Part shown: positions 63,936 to 64,000 of the stretch, piece after piece | Layout of the letters: the number at the start of each line of letters is the position of its first letter | How positions within the stretch are numbered: position 1 is the first letter of the stretch | Assembly: GCF_009914755.1 (NCBI RefSeq) | Contig: NC_060936.1 | Direction: 5' to 3' (one strand) | Length of the DNA stretch: 64,000 nucleotides | Source: the human T2T-CHM13v2.0 reference genome, Homo sapiens | Made by a program: the position numbers and the translations under genes | Notes under the pieces: generated by a model | What the model was told of the DNA's origin: nothing | The model's input: the letters and a program-made list of their open reading frames with translations, nothing else | The model's database searches: none

Positions 63936-64000
63936 GTAAGATGTTTATTGATACTGTGTATAATTGTCTTTCTGGGTATACTCAGATTTGCCTTTTCATA

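Overview
Primate (human or great-ape) genomic DNA, almost entirely intronic, from the 5' half of CNOT2 (CCR4-NOT deadenylase complex subunit 2) on the + strand. Five coding exons with GT-AG boundaries (11538-11680, 44366-44488, 52767-52833, 62889-63036, 63753-63935) splice in frame to MVRTDGHTLSEKRNYQ-VTNSMFGASRKKFVEG...PFTVN; the non-coding first exon and the NOT-box exons lie outside the window. The introns are AT-rich and full of transposon relics: 14 Alu copies (12 antisense), MIR/L2/old L1 fragments, MaLR LTRs and hAT/Tigger DNA-transposon MITEs. The main accessory feature is a full-length ~6.1 kb L1PA3/4-type LINE-1 on the - strand, with a 15-bp TSD, nested inside a THE1B-like LTR. Its antisense promoter points along CNOT2, its ORF0 is extended to 187 aa, and two GT donors are in phase with CNOT2 exon 3, predicting a possible ORF0-CNOT2 fusion. 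Other leads are a cassette exon near 27.7 kb (poison exon or alternative N-terminus MLKEVAQ), a 76-aa ORF on the exon 2-3 circular RNA, and a perfect 25-bp tandem expansion inside an ancient MER3. Repeat subfamily names come from recalled consensus sequences, not a database search, and the boundaries of old repeats are approximate.
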